This document shows, piece after piece, positions 1 to 8,428 of a stretch of 27,118 bases of DNA (position 1 is its first letter; each line of letters begins with the position of its first letter). This DNA comes from a virus. Lineage: Duplodnaviria; Caudoviricetes. Below the pieces are notes generated by a model. That model was not told where the DNA came from. It did no database searches and saw nothing but the letters and a program-made list of their open reading frames with translations. The position numbers and the translations under genes were made by a program. The stretch covers positions 1 to 27,118 of the IMG/VR virus record IMGVR_UViG_3300032247_001593, one strand, 5' to 3'.

Positions 1-1039
1 CGTCAACTACAACTGCTATCTTGCTCTCATCCCACTCGGTCATGATCAGATCCAATAGATCATTGGTGATGCCAGATCGGAAGTACTTATGTTCCTTGCC
101 AGACTTGTCAGTGTACTTGAGCTTGTTACCATCTTTGACAAGCACACCTTTGTCTTCAAACAGATCGGTTAATCCGCTGTACTCGTCCATGCCAGTGTCC
201 CAGGGAATCTTGATCTCCACGCTTTCAAACGGCTTGTTGTAGCGTGTCTTCATGATCTTGCAGGCAGCACGTATACCACGGATGTCAGTGGTCTTCTTGC
301 CGTCTTCATCTTCCTTGAGCTTGAGCTTGCGCATGGCTACAACGATGGAACTGGCATACACAAAGCCCTGTCCGCCTGAGATCTTATCGTCTGGATCAAA
401 CATGTCCTGCGACGCATAAGTGTGGTTGGTAACCACTAATCCCACGTCATACTCACCAAACATGTTTACGCAGTTGCGCACCAGTGCTGCCAGTGCCTTG
501 GGCTTGCGACCCATGTCACCCTTCATCTCACCAGCCTCGAACTGATTGACATCAGTGGGGGTCAGCAACATGCCCAGACTGTCCAGCACGAACAAGATCT
601 TTGGGCGCTCTTCTGGTTCCACCTTGTCAAACCTGCTCTTGTAGTCTTTCATGAAGTCGCTGACCAAACGAGCAACGTCGTCGATCATGGCCATGTTTAC
701 TTTGAGCAGCTTCTCGTCGCTTGTATCAACACCCAGTGGCTTAAGCCAGTTCTCATCAAGTGCGTTCTCTGTATCAATCAAGATCGGGAACACACCCGCT
801 CGCTGAGCGTTTCTTATGATGTTGCCTGAGCAGATATAGCTTTTGCCGGAACCAGATTGTCCAGCGAACATGGTGACCTTACCCAACGGGATACCGTTCT
901 TGAAGTCACCACTGATAGCATAGTTTAGAGCGTAATTACCGCTGTGTATCCAAGTCTTAGGATCATGGAAGCCGACGCTGAGACTAGGGATAGTCTTGGC
1001 GATGTCTTTCCTGAATTTACTGATATCAAATGGTTTCAC
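1..1039 (-). CDS. uvsX: UvsX/RecA-like recombinase (3' end runs off the window)
   Basis: Absent from the ORF track because no stop falls in the window. Manual translation from GTG at 1039 (AGGAG upstream) gives MKPFDISKFRKDI...GIPLGKVTMFAGQSGSGKSY (Walker A)...ILIDTENALD...FVLDSLGML (Walker B)...SGGQGFVYASS...KTRYNKPF; frame open to position 2. Confidence 0.95.
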   Translation of the reverse strand, partial: MKPFDISKFRKDIAKTIPSLSVGFHDPKTWIHSGNYALNYAISGDFKNGIPLGKVTMFAGQSGSGKSYICSGNIIRNAQRAGVFPILIDTENALDENWLKPLGVDTSDEKLLKVNMAMIDDVARLVSDFMKDYKSRFDKVEPEERPKILFVLDSLGMLLTPTDVNQFEAGEMKGDMGRKPKALAALVRNCVNMFGEYDVGLVVTNHTYASQDMFDPDDKISGGQGFVYASSIVVAMRKLKLKEDEDGKKTTDIRGIRAACKIMKTRYNKPFESVEIKIPWDTGMDEYSGLTDLFEDKGVLVKDGNKLKYTDKSGKEHKYFRSGITNDLLDLIMTEWDESKIAVVVD

Positions 1040-1063
1040 GTTTTGCTCCTGTGATGGCATGAT

Positions 1064-1090
1064 AGGATGGGCGATCAGATCGCCCATCCT
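1064..1090. other. Perfect inverted repeat / RNA hairpin between ssb and uvsX
   Basis: AGGATGGGCGATC-A-GATCGCCCATCCT, 13-bp arms. No U-tract follows on the coding (minus) strand, so a terminator role is uncertain. Confidence 0.7.
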
Positions 1091-1102
1091 GTATGTTATT
1101 GA

Positions 1103-2149
1103 TTAAGATTGACCGCCGAGCTTGCGTGCGCGGATAGCTGCCAGGATGTCATCTGGTGAGCTTAGCTTTGGCTTATCGCCTGCTGGTGCCGCTACAGCTT
1201 TTGGAGGATCCGCATCAAATGGAGGTTCGTCCACAGGAGCTGCCTTTGGAGCCGCACGTTCCATGATGCTGGCTGCTGTGACTGGTTTGGTCACAGGTGC
1301 TGCCACAGTGTTGGCAGTGGTATCATCGTTGTTAGCAAAGCTATCCATGCGCATGCCGTTTGGACGATAGAACTGTCCCCAACGATCTGCGTCATAGAGC
1401 TCTTCGTTCACTGATGCTTCAAACAGTTCCATGATGGCTGCGAGATGTGCATCATCTGGCTTCTTTGGAAGGAAGCTGTTTAGCGTGAACAAGCCGTGCT
1501 TTTCAACTGCGCCCAGCTCATCTTCGCTGAGACCGCGTTCCTTCATAGACCAAGATGAGCTGCTATAATTGGCATAGCCACCTTTAGTTGTCTTAGATAG
1601 GTAGAAATCACGTCCAGATTGGTAATCAGTAGGGCTATTCTCAAGATCCTGACGCATAAGGATCGCCTTAATAGCATCAAACACGCTAGGATTGATGATA
1701 AATCTCCGGATCGGATTTTCCGGTGTCTGATCATCCTTGTTAGGATTCTGCGTGACAAAACCCTGGAACACATAGCTCTTCTTCCGCCAGTACTTGCGAG
1801 CCATATCTTCCAAAGTAGGATCCTTCCACCATGGACGTGTTTCGGCTGCGATGGGGCAGCTGCCCGGCTTCCACATGTCCATGCAAGGAACCTGCACTTC
1901 AACTGGACGAGCATCATTTTGCCCCTTGACTCCAGGGAATGGAATCTTGATGATGAGCCGTTCCACCCAGAAGAAGTCGTTGGTGTCGTCGCCGTCCGGG
2001 AGAAACCTCAGAGTGGCAGTGGAGCCCTCTGGGTTGTTCCAGAATGGATAGATTGAATTGTCTCCGGTAAATGTGCCGCCCTTGGAGCGGTCTTTGCGAG
2101 CCTGTTGCTCGAGTAGTTTAGCTTGTATAGCTTTAAGGTCTAATCCCAT
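1103..2149 (-). CDS. ssb: Single-stranded DNA-binding protein, T4 gp32-like
   Basis: Motifs ATLRFLPDGD, CPI, RKYWRKKSYVFQGFV, GRDFYLSKTTKGGYANYSSSSW; lies next to uvsX; strong SD AGGAGG. Confidence 0.92.
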   Translation of the reverse strand: MGLDLKAIQAKLLEQQARKDRSKGGTFTGDNSIYPFWNNPEGSTATLRFLPDGDDTNDFFWVERLIIKIPFPGVKGQNDARPVEVQVPCMDMWKPGSCPIAAETRPWWKDPTLEDMARKYWRKKSYVFQGFVTQNPNKDDQTPENPIRRFIINPSVFDAIKAILMRQDLENSPTDYQSGRDFYLSKTTKGGYANYSSSSWSMKERGLSEDELGAVEKHGLFTLNSFLPKKPDDAHLAAIMELFEASVNEELYDADRWGQFYRPNGMRMDSFANNDDTTANTVAAPVTKPVTAASIMERAAPKAAPVDEPPFDADPPKAVAAPAGDKPKLSSPDDILAAIRARKLGGQS

Positions 2150-2231
2150 GATAATGTGCCTCCTATGTGTGCTTTCATGTGCCTAATTGAGTTATAGACA
2201 GTCAGCAACGTGATATTGCTAACTGACAGTG

Positions 2232-2262
2232 TATTTATACCGCAGACTTTGTCAAGTGTCAA
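2232..2262 (-). promoter_or_regulatory. Composite promoter for ssb: sigma70-type TTGACA-N17-TATAAA overlapping T4-late-type TATAAATA
   Basis: Minus strand reads TTGACA (2262-2257) CTTGACAAAGTCTGCGG (17 nt) TATAAATA (2239-2232). Confidence 0.8.
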
Positions 2263-2274
2263 TATGTGGCGAAT

Positions 2275-3300
2275 TTAGATGATGCCAGCCAGCTCTTCTA
2301 AGCGGAGGAGTTCTATATCAACAGGATCAGATTCAGGTTTTGATATCTCATATCCGTTAGCTATGAGATACCTTGCTGCAGCTTCAAGCGAGCTTATAGC
2401 ACCGTCATCGTCTTGCTGGCAGCCGCAGGTCTCAGCGAGACTGTTGCGCAAATTAATCACTTTTTCAGCCGGAGCCGACATGGTCTTGTTGGCTAGATTA
2501 GCTATACCAGTAGCGTAGCCTTTGCTGCCGCTCAGTCGCTTGCTTTCCTTGGCCAGCTGCTCTAACGCACCTTTAACCTTCAAACTGAGATCGTCATCCT
2601 TGCCGCGCATCAGCTTGTTGGCTTTCTTGAGCTTGATGTAATCCTCGCTCATCTTAAGGATGGCTTTGCTGACCTGATCATTGTAGCGGCCTTCATTGGC
2701 AAGATGGCGAGCCATGGCACGTGCACCTGCTATATGAGAGTGCGGGTAATTAAAGCGTTCACCCAATTTGGTCTCTATGAAGATGTTCTTTATGTGGCGC
2801 CAACGGCTGCCCTTCTTTTCTTCATTAACCGGATCAGTATGTCGTATTACCAGCTTGCTGTTACCGATCTTTTGATAGCTGCTCTTGGTGCTGCCATATG
2901 GCTTGCTGATGTCACGGCTTTCTTTGATGTTGTTCACAGCATCATCCCTTATATCTATGTCATGGTCAAACTTATACCAATTGATGCTTAAACCTTCTTT
3001 ATCACCGATGTTGGTTTGCATGCTGTCTTTTAGTGTTATAACGGTATTGAAATCGCGATCATCGGAGAGGTCGGGGGTTTTGATATCCATGTGGCTGTTT
3101 GCATCTTCGTCGTGTAAGCTGACCAAGATGCTAAAGTTTTTCAACGCAGGATCGTTGCTAGGGATCGTGCAAAAAAACCTAGTAGCTTCGTGCGGATCCA
3201 TGGTCTTGGCCCCGCCCTTGTCAAACATCTGGAGGCTGTATCCTCTGCCTCTGAGTATGCCAAATATCTTATCGCCGATGATGGGCCAGTTGTGATTCAT
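2275..3300 (-). CDS. Conserved jumbo-phage hypothetical protein, probable virion/head protein
   Basis: 341-aa ORF between terL and ssb; block RHIKNIFIETKLGERFNYPHSHIAGARAMARH resembles proteins at this position in related jumbo phages; C-terminal LEELAG; late-type promoter upstream. Confidence 0.7.
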   Translation of the reverse strand: MNHNWPIIGDKIFGILRGRGYSLQMFDKGGAKTMDPHEATRFFCTIPSNDPALKNFSILVSLHDEDANSHMDIKTPDLSDDRDFNTVITLKDSMQTNIGDKEGLSINWYKFDHDIDIRDDAVNNIKESRDISKPYGSTKSSYQKIGNSKLVIRHTDPVNEEKKGSRWRHIKNIFIETKLGERFNYPHSHIAGARAMARHLANEGRYNDQVSKAILKMSEDYIKLKKANKLMRGKDDDLSLKVKGALEQLAKESKRLSGSKGYATGIANLANKTMSAPAEKVINLRNSLAETCGCQQDDDGAISSLEAAARYLIANGYEISKPESDPVDIELLRLEELAGII

Positions 3301-3307
3301 GATGCAA

Positions 3308-3315
3308 TATTTATC
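3308..3315 (-). promoter_or_regulatory. Late-type promoter GATAAATA, 7 nt before the ATG at 3300
   Basis: Minus strand GATAAATA-TTGCATC-ATG; no SD. Confidence 0.65.
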
Positions 3316-3316
3316 A

Positions 3317-4906
3317 TTAATATCCGAAGCTGACGGGCAGCGGTTCTACCATGCTGTCGTCTAAGAACTCGTCCTTCATGAGATTGCCGATGTCTTCGTC
3401 CCAGCGAGTGACCATCTGCATCATGCGCACACACAATAATGCTGCCATTACAGCATCGTCGTGTTCACCAACCTTGCCAGCAAATCCGTTACCTTTGGCC
3501 ACGAAAAACTTGAGCTGCCTTACTAATTGCTTGCTTAACAGTGTGAGCTTACCGCTTTCAACTAGGCTTTTCATCTTCATGCATGCCAATGCTTTGCTAC
3601 GCACATTGGTATTCAATCCGCGCCTTAATCTACTAATTCCTTTGACTTTTGGTTCATGCAACCATATACCGTTAAAGGTATCTTCTCCCATCTCATCAAT
3701 GCTGACCACTGCAGCTTCACCCCAGCTGTTGTTTTCTAGAGTGAAATATATCTCAGGATCACCCTTCTGGTCATGCAGCTTTTTCATTTCGTTCCAAATG
3801 TGATTGATGATACCCTGCATGGTCTTTACCTGCTGAGGTATGCTGGTACGGTTATGGCTCCATTCTGCTACTTGTCGCATGTCTGGCAAGCTAAAGACCT
3901 GTATGCAACTGTAATCCTGCCCAACACCGGCACTGGGATCCAGGGCCACTAGATAGGTCTTGTTAGCCTGTATCATGTCATACCATCTGGTCTGTCCTAG
4001 CTTGAACAGAGGTTCCACGCCTTGCAGATTTAATAAGGTTACAGCATTGATCAAAGTCTCGTCTGCTGTTATGAATTCACATCCATATTCTCTGCGGAAT
4101 CTATCTGCACCAATCTTGGCTGATTCTTTGACAGCCCACGCTTCGTCCCTGCCAGGCACTTCGGAATAATGCGCTGTGAAAGCATGGAATCCATTGATAC
4201 CAAGACCATCTGCTGTGTCATTGCCATATTCGTCTATGGTCTTGCTGGCCCCTGTCCATATCTCTGCAAACTTGTCTTCGTCACTGTTTGGCGTAGATGT
4301 TATTATGCACTTACCGCCAGTAGCTAGGGTTGGTGCCATTGCTGTCCAAAATTCCTCAGCTATCCTAGGCTTAACGAATGCAAACTCGTCTAGATACAGC
4401 AGTGAGATACTCATACCGCGTCCGCTGTCCGGTGTGGTTGTGGTGGCTTTAATGCGAGAACCATTATCAAACTTTATGTCTTGGACATTATATGTAGCTA
4501 CTCCAGCTCGCAGCCAATCTGGCAGTTCTTCATAGGAAAACTTAACGCGATCCATGATTTCGTTAGCAGCACGGAACTTGTTAGCTGCGATTAGGACCGT
4601 TACATCGTTGTTAAACATAGCATACCAAAGCAGGTATCCTGCTGCAGTCGTGGTCTTGCCGCTCTGTCGAGGCAGCAGTGCTATGACTGAATTATTCTTC
4701 CAGTATGCATCGACCAGTCTCTTCTGATACTCATATGCTTCAAATGGTATGCGTCCTTTGACCGGATGCTGTATCTTCATGTATCGCTCCATGAAATACA
4801 ACGGGTCTCTGGCGCAGCGTGCTATCTCACGCACCTGTGCTGGTGTATAAGCAGTCTTCTTGTGAGCCTGCTTTACCAGCTGGAAGTCTATATCATTCTT
4901 GGCCAT
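3317..4906 (-). CDS. terL: Terminase large subunit, T4 gp17-like
   Basis: YEYQ adenine-binding motif, Walker A LPRQSGKTT, Walker B LLYLDEFAF, ITSTPN coupling motif, nuclease motifs ALDPSAGVGQDYS and HDDAVMA. Confidence 0.97.
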   Translation of the reverse strand: MAKNDIDFQLVKQAHKKTAYTPAQVREIARCARDPLYFMERYMKIQHPVKGRIPFEAYEYQKRLVDAYWKNNSVIALLPRQSGKTTTAAGYLLWYAMFNNDVTVLIAANKFRAANEIMDRVKFSYEELPDWLRAGVATYNVQDIKFDNGSRIKATTTTPDSGRGMSISLLYLDEFAFVKPRIAEEFWTAMAPTLATGGKCIITSTPNSDEDKFAEIWTGASKTIDEYGNDTADGLGINGFHAFTAHYSEVPGRDEAWAVKESAKIGADRFRREYGCEFITADETLINAVTLLNLQGVEPLFKLGQTRWYDMIQANKTYLVALDPSAGVGQDYSCIQVFSLPDMRQVAEWSHNRTSIPQQVKTMQGIINHIWNEMKKLHDQKGDPEIYFTLENNSWGEAAVVSIDEMGEDTFNGIWLHEPKVKGISRLRRGLNTNVRSKALACMKMKSLVESGKLTLLSKQLVRQLKFFVAKGNGFAGKVGEHDDAVMAALLCVRMMQMVTRWDEDIGNLMKDEFLDDSMVEPLPVSFGY

Positions 4907-4920
4907 GTGTTACTCAAACG

Positions 4921-4943
4921 AACAGCGGCAATATGCCGCTGTT
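4921..4943 (-). terminator. Hairpin, probable leaky terminator upstream of terL
   Basis: AACAGCGGCA-ATA-TGCCGCTGTT (10-bp arms); the minus strand continues ...GTTCGTTTG, an imperfect U-tract. Confidence 0.6.
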
Positions 4944-4969
4944 ACTTATGGTTATATTCATTAAATCTA

Positions 4970-6121
4970 TCAATTCATAACGTCTTGGCGCCCTATATGG
5001 CTCAGAGGACTGCGACTACCATCGGTAACCGGCTCTTCATCTGCGAACGGATCCTTGTCAAAAGCATCGCGTGCATTTGCAGTCAGAGGACTTTCTGCTC
5101 CAGATGCATTGCTAGGTGCTAGCTCTGCTTCTGCGAGGAAACTGGTATATTCCTCATTTAGTGCAGCAAACAGGCTGTCGGCACGCTCTGCCATCAGCGT
5201 GTTATCGCCAATCTTGCCGAAGCGTTGGTTGATATGCGGACCATCCCATTCATAATCCTTGACTTCAAGTGGCTCGCCTGCTTCTGGATGTTCATCGTGC
5301 CCATGATCGTAATCAGCGTTTTCCATGGCAGCAACTGCCACAGGAACTGCATGTGCTACACCATATGGCATGCCAGGTGTTGGAGCTTCTGCATCTTGAT
5401 GTGCATCATTGCCCCCTGCTAGACCTGCCTTGACCAGCAATCTAACCAGATCATTTGCGTCGTTGTCGGTAGCGGTTACAGTAACACTGCGTGTAGACTG
5501 TCCATCACCTATGGTTTGATTCATCACGATGTTCATGCTTTCGCGCAGCTGTTTCTGGCTCTCATTGTATGCATAAACAAAGCCCTGTGTGTCAGGACCA
5601 TTGTTGGTAGCACCAATTGGAGTGAACGGGAACCCGCCAAGTGCAGCATCTTCTTCCATCCCACCCTGTGTCCAACACTCTTCCATGCCATGCACAGGGC
5701 ACATCTCGCCCTCGGCGGTCATGTTACACTCGCTCTCTTCCATATTCTCATGCATTTCGTCATGCTCAATCTCATCTGCTACTTTGCGACCAGCACGCTC
5801 TGCTTTGTCGTCTTCGCTACCACGCTTGTGACCGTGTATATGATCCTTGTGCTTTTCATCATATTCAATATCATGTGCCACTTTGCGTCCGGCTTTTTCG
5901 GCACGTTCGTCACGTTCATGATCAGATTCCTCATCCATCATTTCACCACGGCTATCCTCCATCTGTATGGTGCCTTGATAACCGGCACACTCTTCCATGC
6001 CGTGCACTGGGCACATCTCGCCCTCGGCCGTCATGTTGCATTTTTCAGCTTCAAACACGCTGTCTCTGCGTCCCAAGGACTCTATAGCCCTAAGCTTGCC
6101 TAATATGCTATGGAAATCCAT
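4970..6121 (-). CDS. Acidic, His/Glu-rich hypothetical protein with internal repeats; possible prohead core/internal head protein
   Basis: 383 aa; two copies of CNMTAEGEMCPVHGMEEC and two of D(E/D)xAExAGRKVAxxIExDE; GGAAGGG SD; directly upstream of terL. Confidence 0.7.
   Translation of the reverse strand: MDFHSILGKLRAIESLGRRDSVFEAEKCNMTAEGEMCPVHGMEECAGYQGTIQMEDSRGEMMDEESDHERDERAEKAGRKVAHDIEYDEKHKDHIHGHKRGSEDDKAERAGRKVADEIEHDEMHENMEESECNMTAEGEMCPVHGMEECWTQGGMEEDAALGGFPFTPIGATNNGPDTQGFVYAYNESQKQLRESMNIVMNQTIGDGQSTRSVTVTATDNDANDLVRLLVKAGLAGGNDAHQDAEAPTPGMPYGVAHAVPVAVAAMENADYDHGHDEHPEAGEPLEVKDYEWDGPHINQRFGKIGDNTLMAERADSLFAALNEEYTSFLAEAELAPSNASGAESPLTANARDAFDKDPFADEEPVTDGSRSPLSHIGRQDVMN
5675..6040 (-). 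repeat. Two 54-bp copies encoding an identical 18-aa Cys/His motif (5675-5728 and 5987-6040)
   Basis: Both encode CNMTAEGEMCPVHGMEEC, with a few synonymous differences. Confidence 0.9.
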
Positions 6122-6135
6122 GGTTTAACCCTTCC

Positions 6136-7056
6136 TTAAATACTATCAATTAATCTGCGCATTATGTTGATTGAATCTTTGGCAGTTTCATTCAATGATC
6201 CACCAGATGGCTGTGTTTCGATTTTATCAATATCTTGTCCTTCTATGCCTTGACCAGGAGGTATGGAACTTAACTTTTGACGCAATGCCAAAACCCTTTT
6301 TGCTGCCTCCTTATTGCCATCGCTGGTTCGAGCTGCTCCCTGCAATCGATTGATTGCATCAAGTGTCTGTCCTGCTGCAACTTCCCCCCAATAATTGCCA
6401 AGATAAACAGTTTTGCCAGATTTAGTATTGAATTCATACCAATCTTGGCCGAAAAATGGTATCATGCGGCCAGTTGGTTCACCTATATTGCTTGGCAAAT
6501 CTGGAGTTTTTGTACCAGTAACTACCGGAGGCTTTCCTCCAAGGGTCACGTCTTCATTATAAGATGGCTTTGGATTACCTACTCCCCAAGATGGTTGTGT
6601 TTCAATCTTGTCAATATCTTGTCCTTCTATGCCCTGTCCGGGAGGTATAGTCTGCAATTTTTGCCTTAGCGCCAATACTCTGGCTGCAAGCGATTTATTG
6701 GTGTTGTTGGGCTCATATATACCTTGGAATGCTGGAGTGTTAAGCTTTCGATTAATCATATCAAGCGTCTGTCCAGCAGCTACTTCGCCCCAATAATTGC
6801 CAAGCCAAGTGCTGGTGTTACCATTTTTGAATTCATACCAGTCCTGATTGAAATTCTGTACCATGCGGCCAGTTGGTTCACCTATATTGCTTGGCAAATC
6901 TGGAGTTTTTGTACCAGTAACTACCGGAGGCTTTCCTCCAAGGGTCACGTCTTCATTCAGTTGTATTTGCTGTATTTTTTGCAAAACAGTCCTGATGTCA
7001 GAAGCTGGATCTGCCTTGAATTTTTGTGCAGTAATTTTTTGATTTAGTTTATTCAC
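6136..7056 (-). CDS. Hypothetical protein made of two tandem ~125-133-aa domains; probable internal head protein
   Basis: GTG start after GGAAGGGG; the unit NEDVTLGGKPP...LGNYWGEVAAGQTLD...IPPGQGIEGQDIDKIETQPS occurs twice. Confidence 0.75.
   Translation of the reverse strand: MNKLNQKITAQKFKADPASDIRTVLQKIQQIQLNEDVTLGGKPPVVTGTKTPDLPSNIGEPTGRMVQNFNQDWYEFKNGNTSTWLGNYWGEVAAGQTLDMINRKLNTPAFQGIYEPNNTNKSLAARVLALRQKLQTIPPGQGIEGQDIDKIETQPSWGVGNPKPSYNEDVTLGGKPPVVTGTKTPDLPSNIGEPTGRMIPFFGQDWYEFNTKSGKTVYLGNYWGEVAAGQTLDAINRLQGAARTSDGNKEAAKRVLALRQKLSSIPPGQGIEGQDIDKIETQPSGGSLNETAKDSINIMRRLIDSI
6463..6957. repeat. Identical 96-bp direct repeat (6463-6558 and 6862-6957), offset 399 bp
   Basis: Base-by-base comparison of CATGCGGCC...GTCTTCATT showed no mismatch; the rest of the duplicated unit is diverged. 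Confidence 0.93.
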
Positions 7057-7061
7057 GATTA

Positions 7062-7886
7062 TTACCCCTTCCTTACGAATTCTGGTTTATTGGGAGTCTT
7101 TGGCGCTCCCATGTTCACTCTTTTGCCGTCGCGGTCTTTGTAGAACCTATACATTATTTGTGCCCCATCGTCAAAGTTGCCTTCGGCTCCCAACCCGCTA
7201 CGAGGTGTTGGATCTGCTACATCTTTTGATGATGGTTTGTATACTGGTTTTGGTGTATCAAATCTAGCATTGAAATCAGCCATGTCTTGCACTGGCTCAT
7301 GAGTAGCAACCTTGCTCATCTCTAACCAGCTGAACAGCGGCATGGGAGCATCGTATTCGTCGCTGCGTCGGGTAGATTTTACGCCAGCTAGATAATCTAA
7401 GAAGCGTTTGTTGTAGGCATCACCATATATGTCGTTAACTATCGGCTGTTCAATGTCTTGATAGAATCTGTCAGGGCTGAGACGCGCTGCAGATTTCAAT
7501 CCTTTGTCTTTGGCTATCTGGCTGAATCCGAGATCAGACAGATAATCATCAGCATATTCTTCAACTGGTTCTGTCGCGGTTCGCACAACTATGTTCTTTT
7601 CAGGAATGTTAAGTACTTCGCGCAAACCTTCCATGGTGATATAGCTGCTTAGTGGCATGGTGGTCACGAAGTTAACTTGATATACAGTCTGGTTAGGTTG
7701 ATCAGAGAAATCTAGCTTGTCACCCTTTAACAACACAGGGTGAGTCATCTCTACCAATCCAAACTGAGTTAGATATCTTTCAACTGCATCCAGCTGCTCA
7801 TCGCTTGGTTCGGTTGCAAGCTTGATAACATACCCGTATTCTCGGGTGCTTTCAGCGAGATATTGTATGAACGACTTCATGGCCAT
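7062..7886 (-). CDS. Conserved jumbo-phage hypothetical protein, probable head/virion protein
   Basis: 274 aa; N-terminus MKSFIQYLAES resembles T4 internal-protein capsid-targeting leaders; GGAG SD and late-type promoter upstream. Confidence 0.7.
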   Translation of the reverse strand: MAMKSFIQYLAESTREYGYVIKLATEPSDEQLDAVERYLTQFGLVEMTHPVLLKGDKLDFSDQPNQTVYQVNFVTTMPLSSYITMEGLREVLNIPEKNIVVRTATEPVEEYADDYLSDLGFSQIAKDKGLKSAARLSPDRFYQDIEQPIVNDIYGDAYNKRFLDYLAGVKSTRRSDEYDAPMPLFSWLEMSKVATHEPVQDMADFNARFDTPKPVYKPSSKDVADPTPRSGLGAEGNFDDGAQIMYRFYKDRDGKRVNMGAPKTPNKPEFVRKG

Positions 7887-7904
7887 AGATGCTCCAATGT
7901 GATG

Positions 7905-8384
7905 TTATTTAGCCTCACTGTCGATTTCACTAAGCTGTTTCAATAGGTCGTTACGGTCCATGAGAGTTGCTTTCACGTCTAATGGCTGATTGTCGTCCTT
8001 TTTTGTAACCCTGTCCAGTTTGAGTTTATCTAATTGCAACCTTAGCATCTTGATCTTCTTATCAACTTTATTATTCTTTGCGTCGACTGCAATCTTCAGC
8101 ATCTGGCTGCTGCTGGTGAATATCTCACCAGCATGGCGTATCTCCACGTTCATGCCTAGATCCTGCAGATCCTGATGTGCTCTTATTGCGAGAGCAGCCA
8201 GCTCATCCATTTCCTCATCATGTGCATCGCGCTTGCTCGAGAGCTGTGCATTAATGCTGTCACTCAATTCAGTGACATGCTTTAGATTCTCTCGCAATGC
8301 CGGAAGATCGACTCCCGATTCATCTGATATATCGGCAGGATCAAGATCAAATACGTTTTCTAACTGCTTGAATCGCGCGGACAT
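7905..8384 (-). CDS. Helical hypothetical protein, paralogue A; candidate terminase small subunit
   Basis: 159 aa; core DLQDLGMNVEIRHAGEIFxSSSQMLKIAVDAK shared with 9569-10045. The TerS idea rests on size, helical pattern and position between the gp4-like gene and terL (inference). Confidence 0.6.
   Translation of the reverse strand: MSARFKQLENVFDLDPADISDESGVDLPALRENLKHVTELSDSINAQLSSKRDAHDEEMDELAALAIRAHQDLQDLGMNVEIRHAGEIFTSSSQMLKIAVDAKNNKVDKKIKMLRLQLDKLKLDRVTKKDDNQPLDVKATLMDRNDLLKQLSEIDSEAK
7906..7912 (-). promoter_or_regulatory. Late-type promoter CTAAATA overlapping the stop codon of paralogue A
   Basis: Minus strand GCTAAATAACATCACATTGGAGCATCTATG. Confidence 0.6.
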
Positions 8385-8388
8385 GTGA

Positions 8389-8395
8389 TATTTAC
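8389..8395 (-). promoter_or_regulatory. Late-type promoter GTAAATA, 4 nt before the ATG at 8384
   Basis: Minus strand GTAAATA-TCAC-ATG; no SD. Confidence 0.6.
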
Positions 8396-8428
8396 TGCAA
8401 GATCCTAGGTCACCGTGATTTTTTGTGG

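Noticed and set aside
3317-4906. Intein or intron in terL (or uvsX)
   Set aside because: Both frames are continuous, of normal length, and show no splicing or homing-endonuclease motifs.
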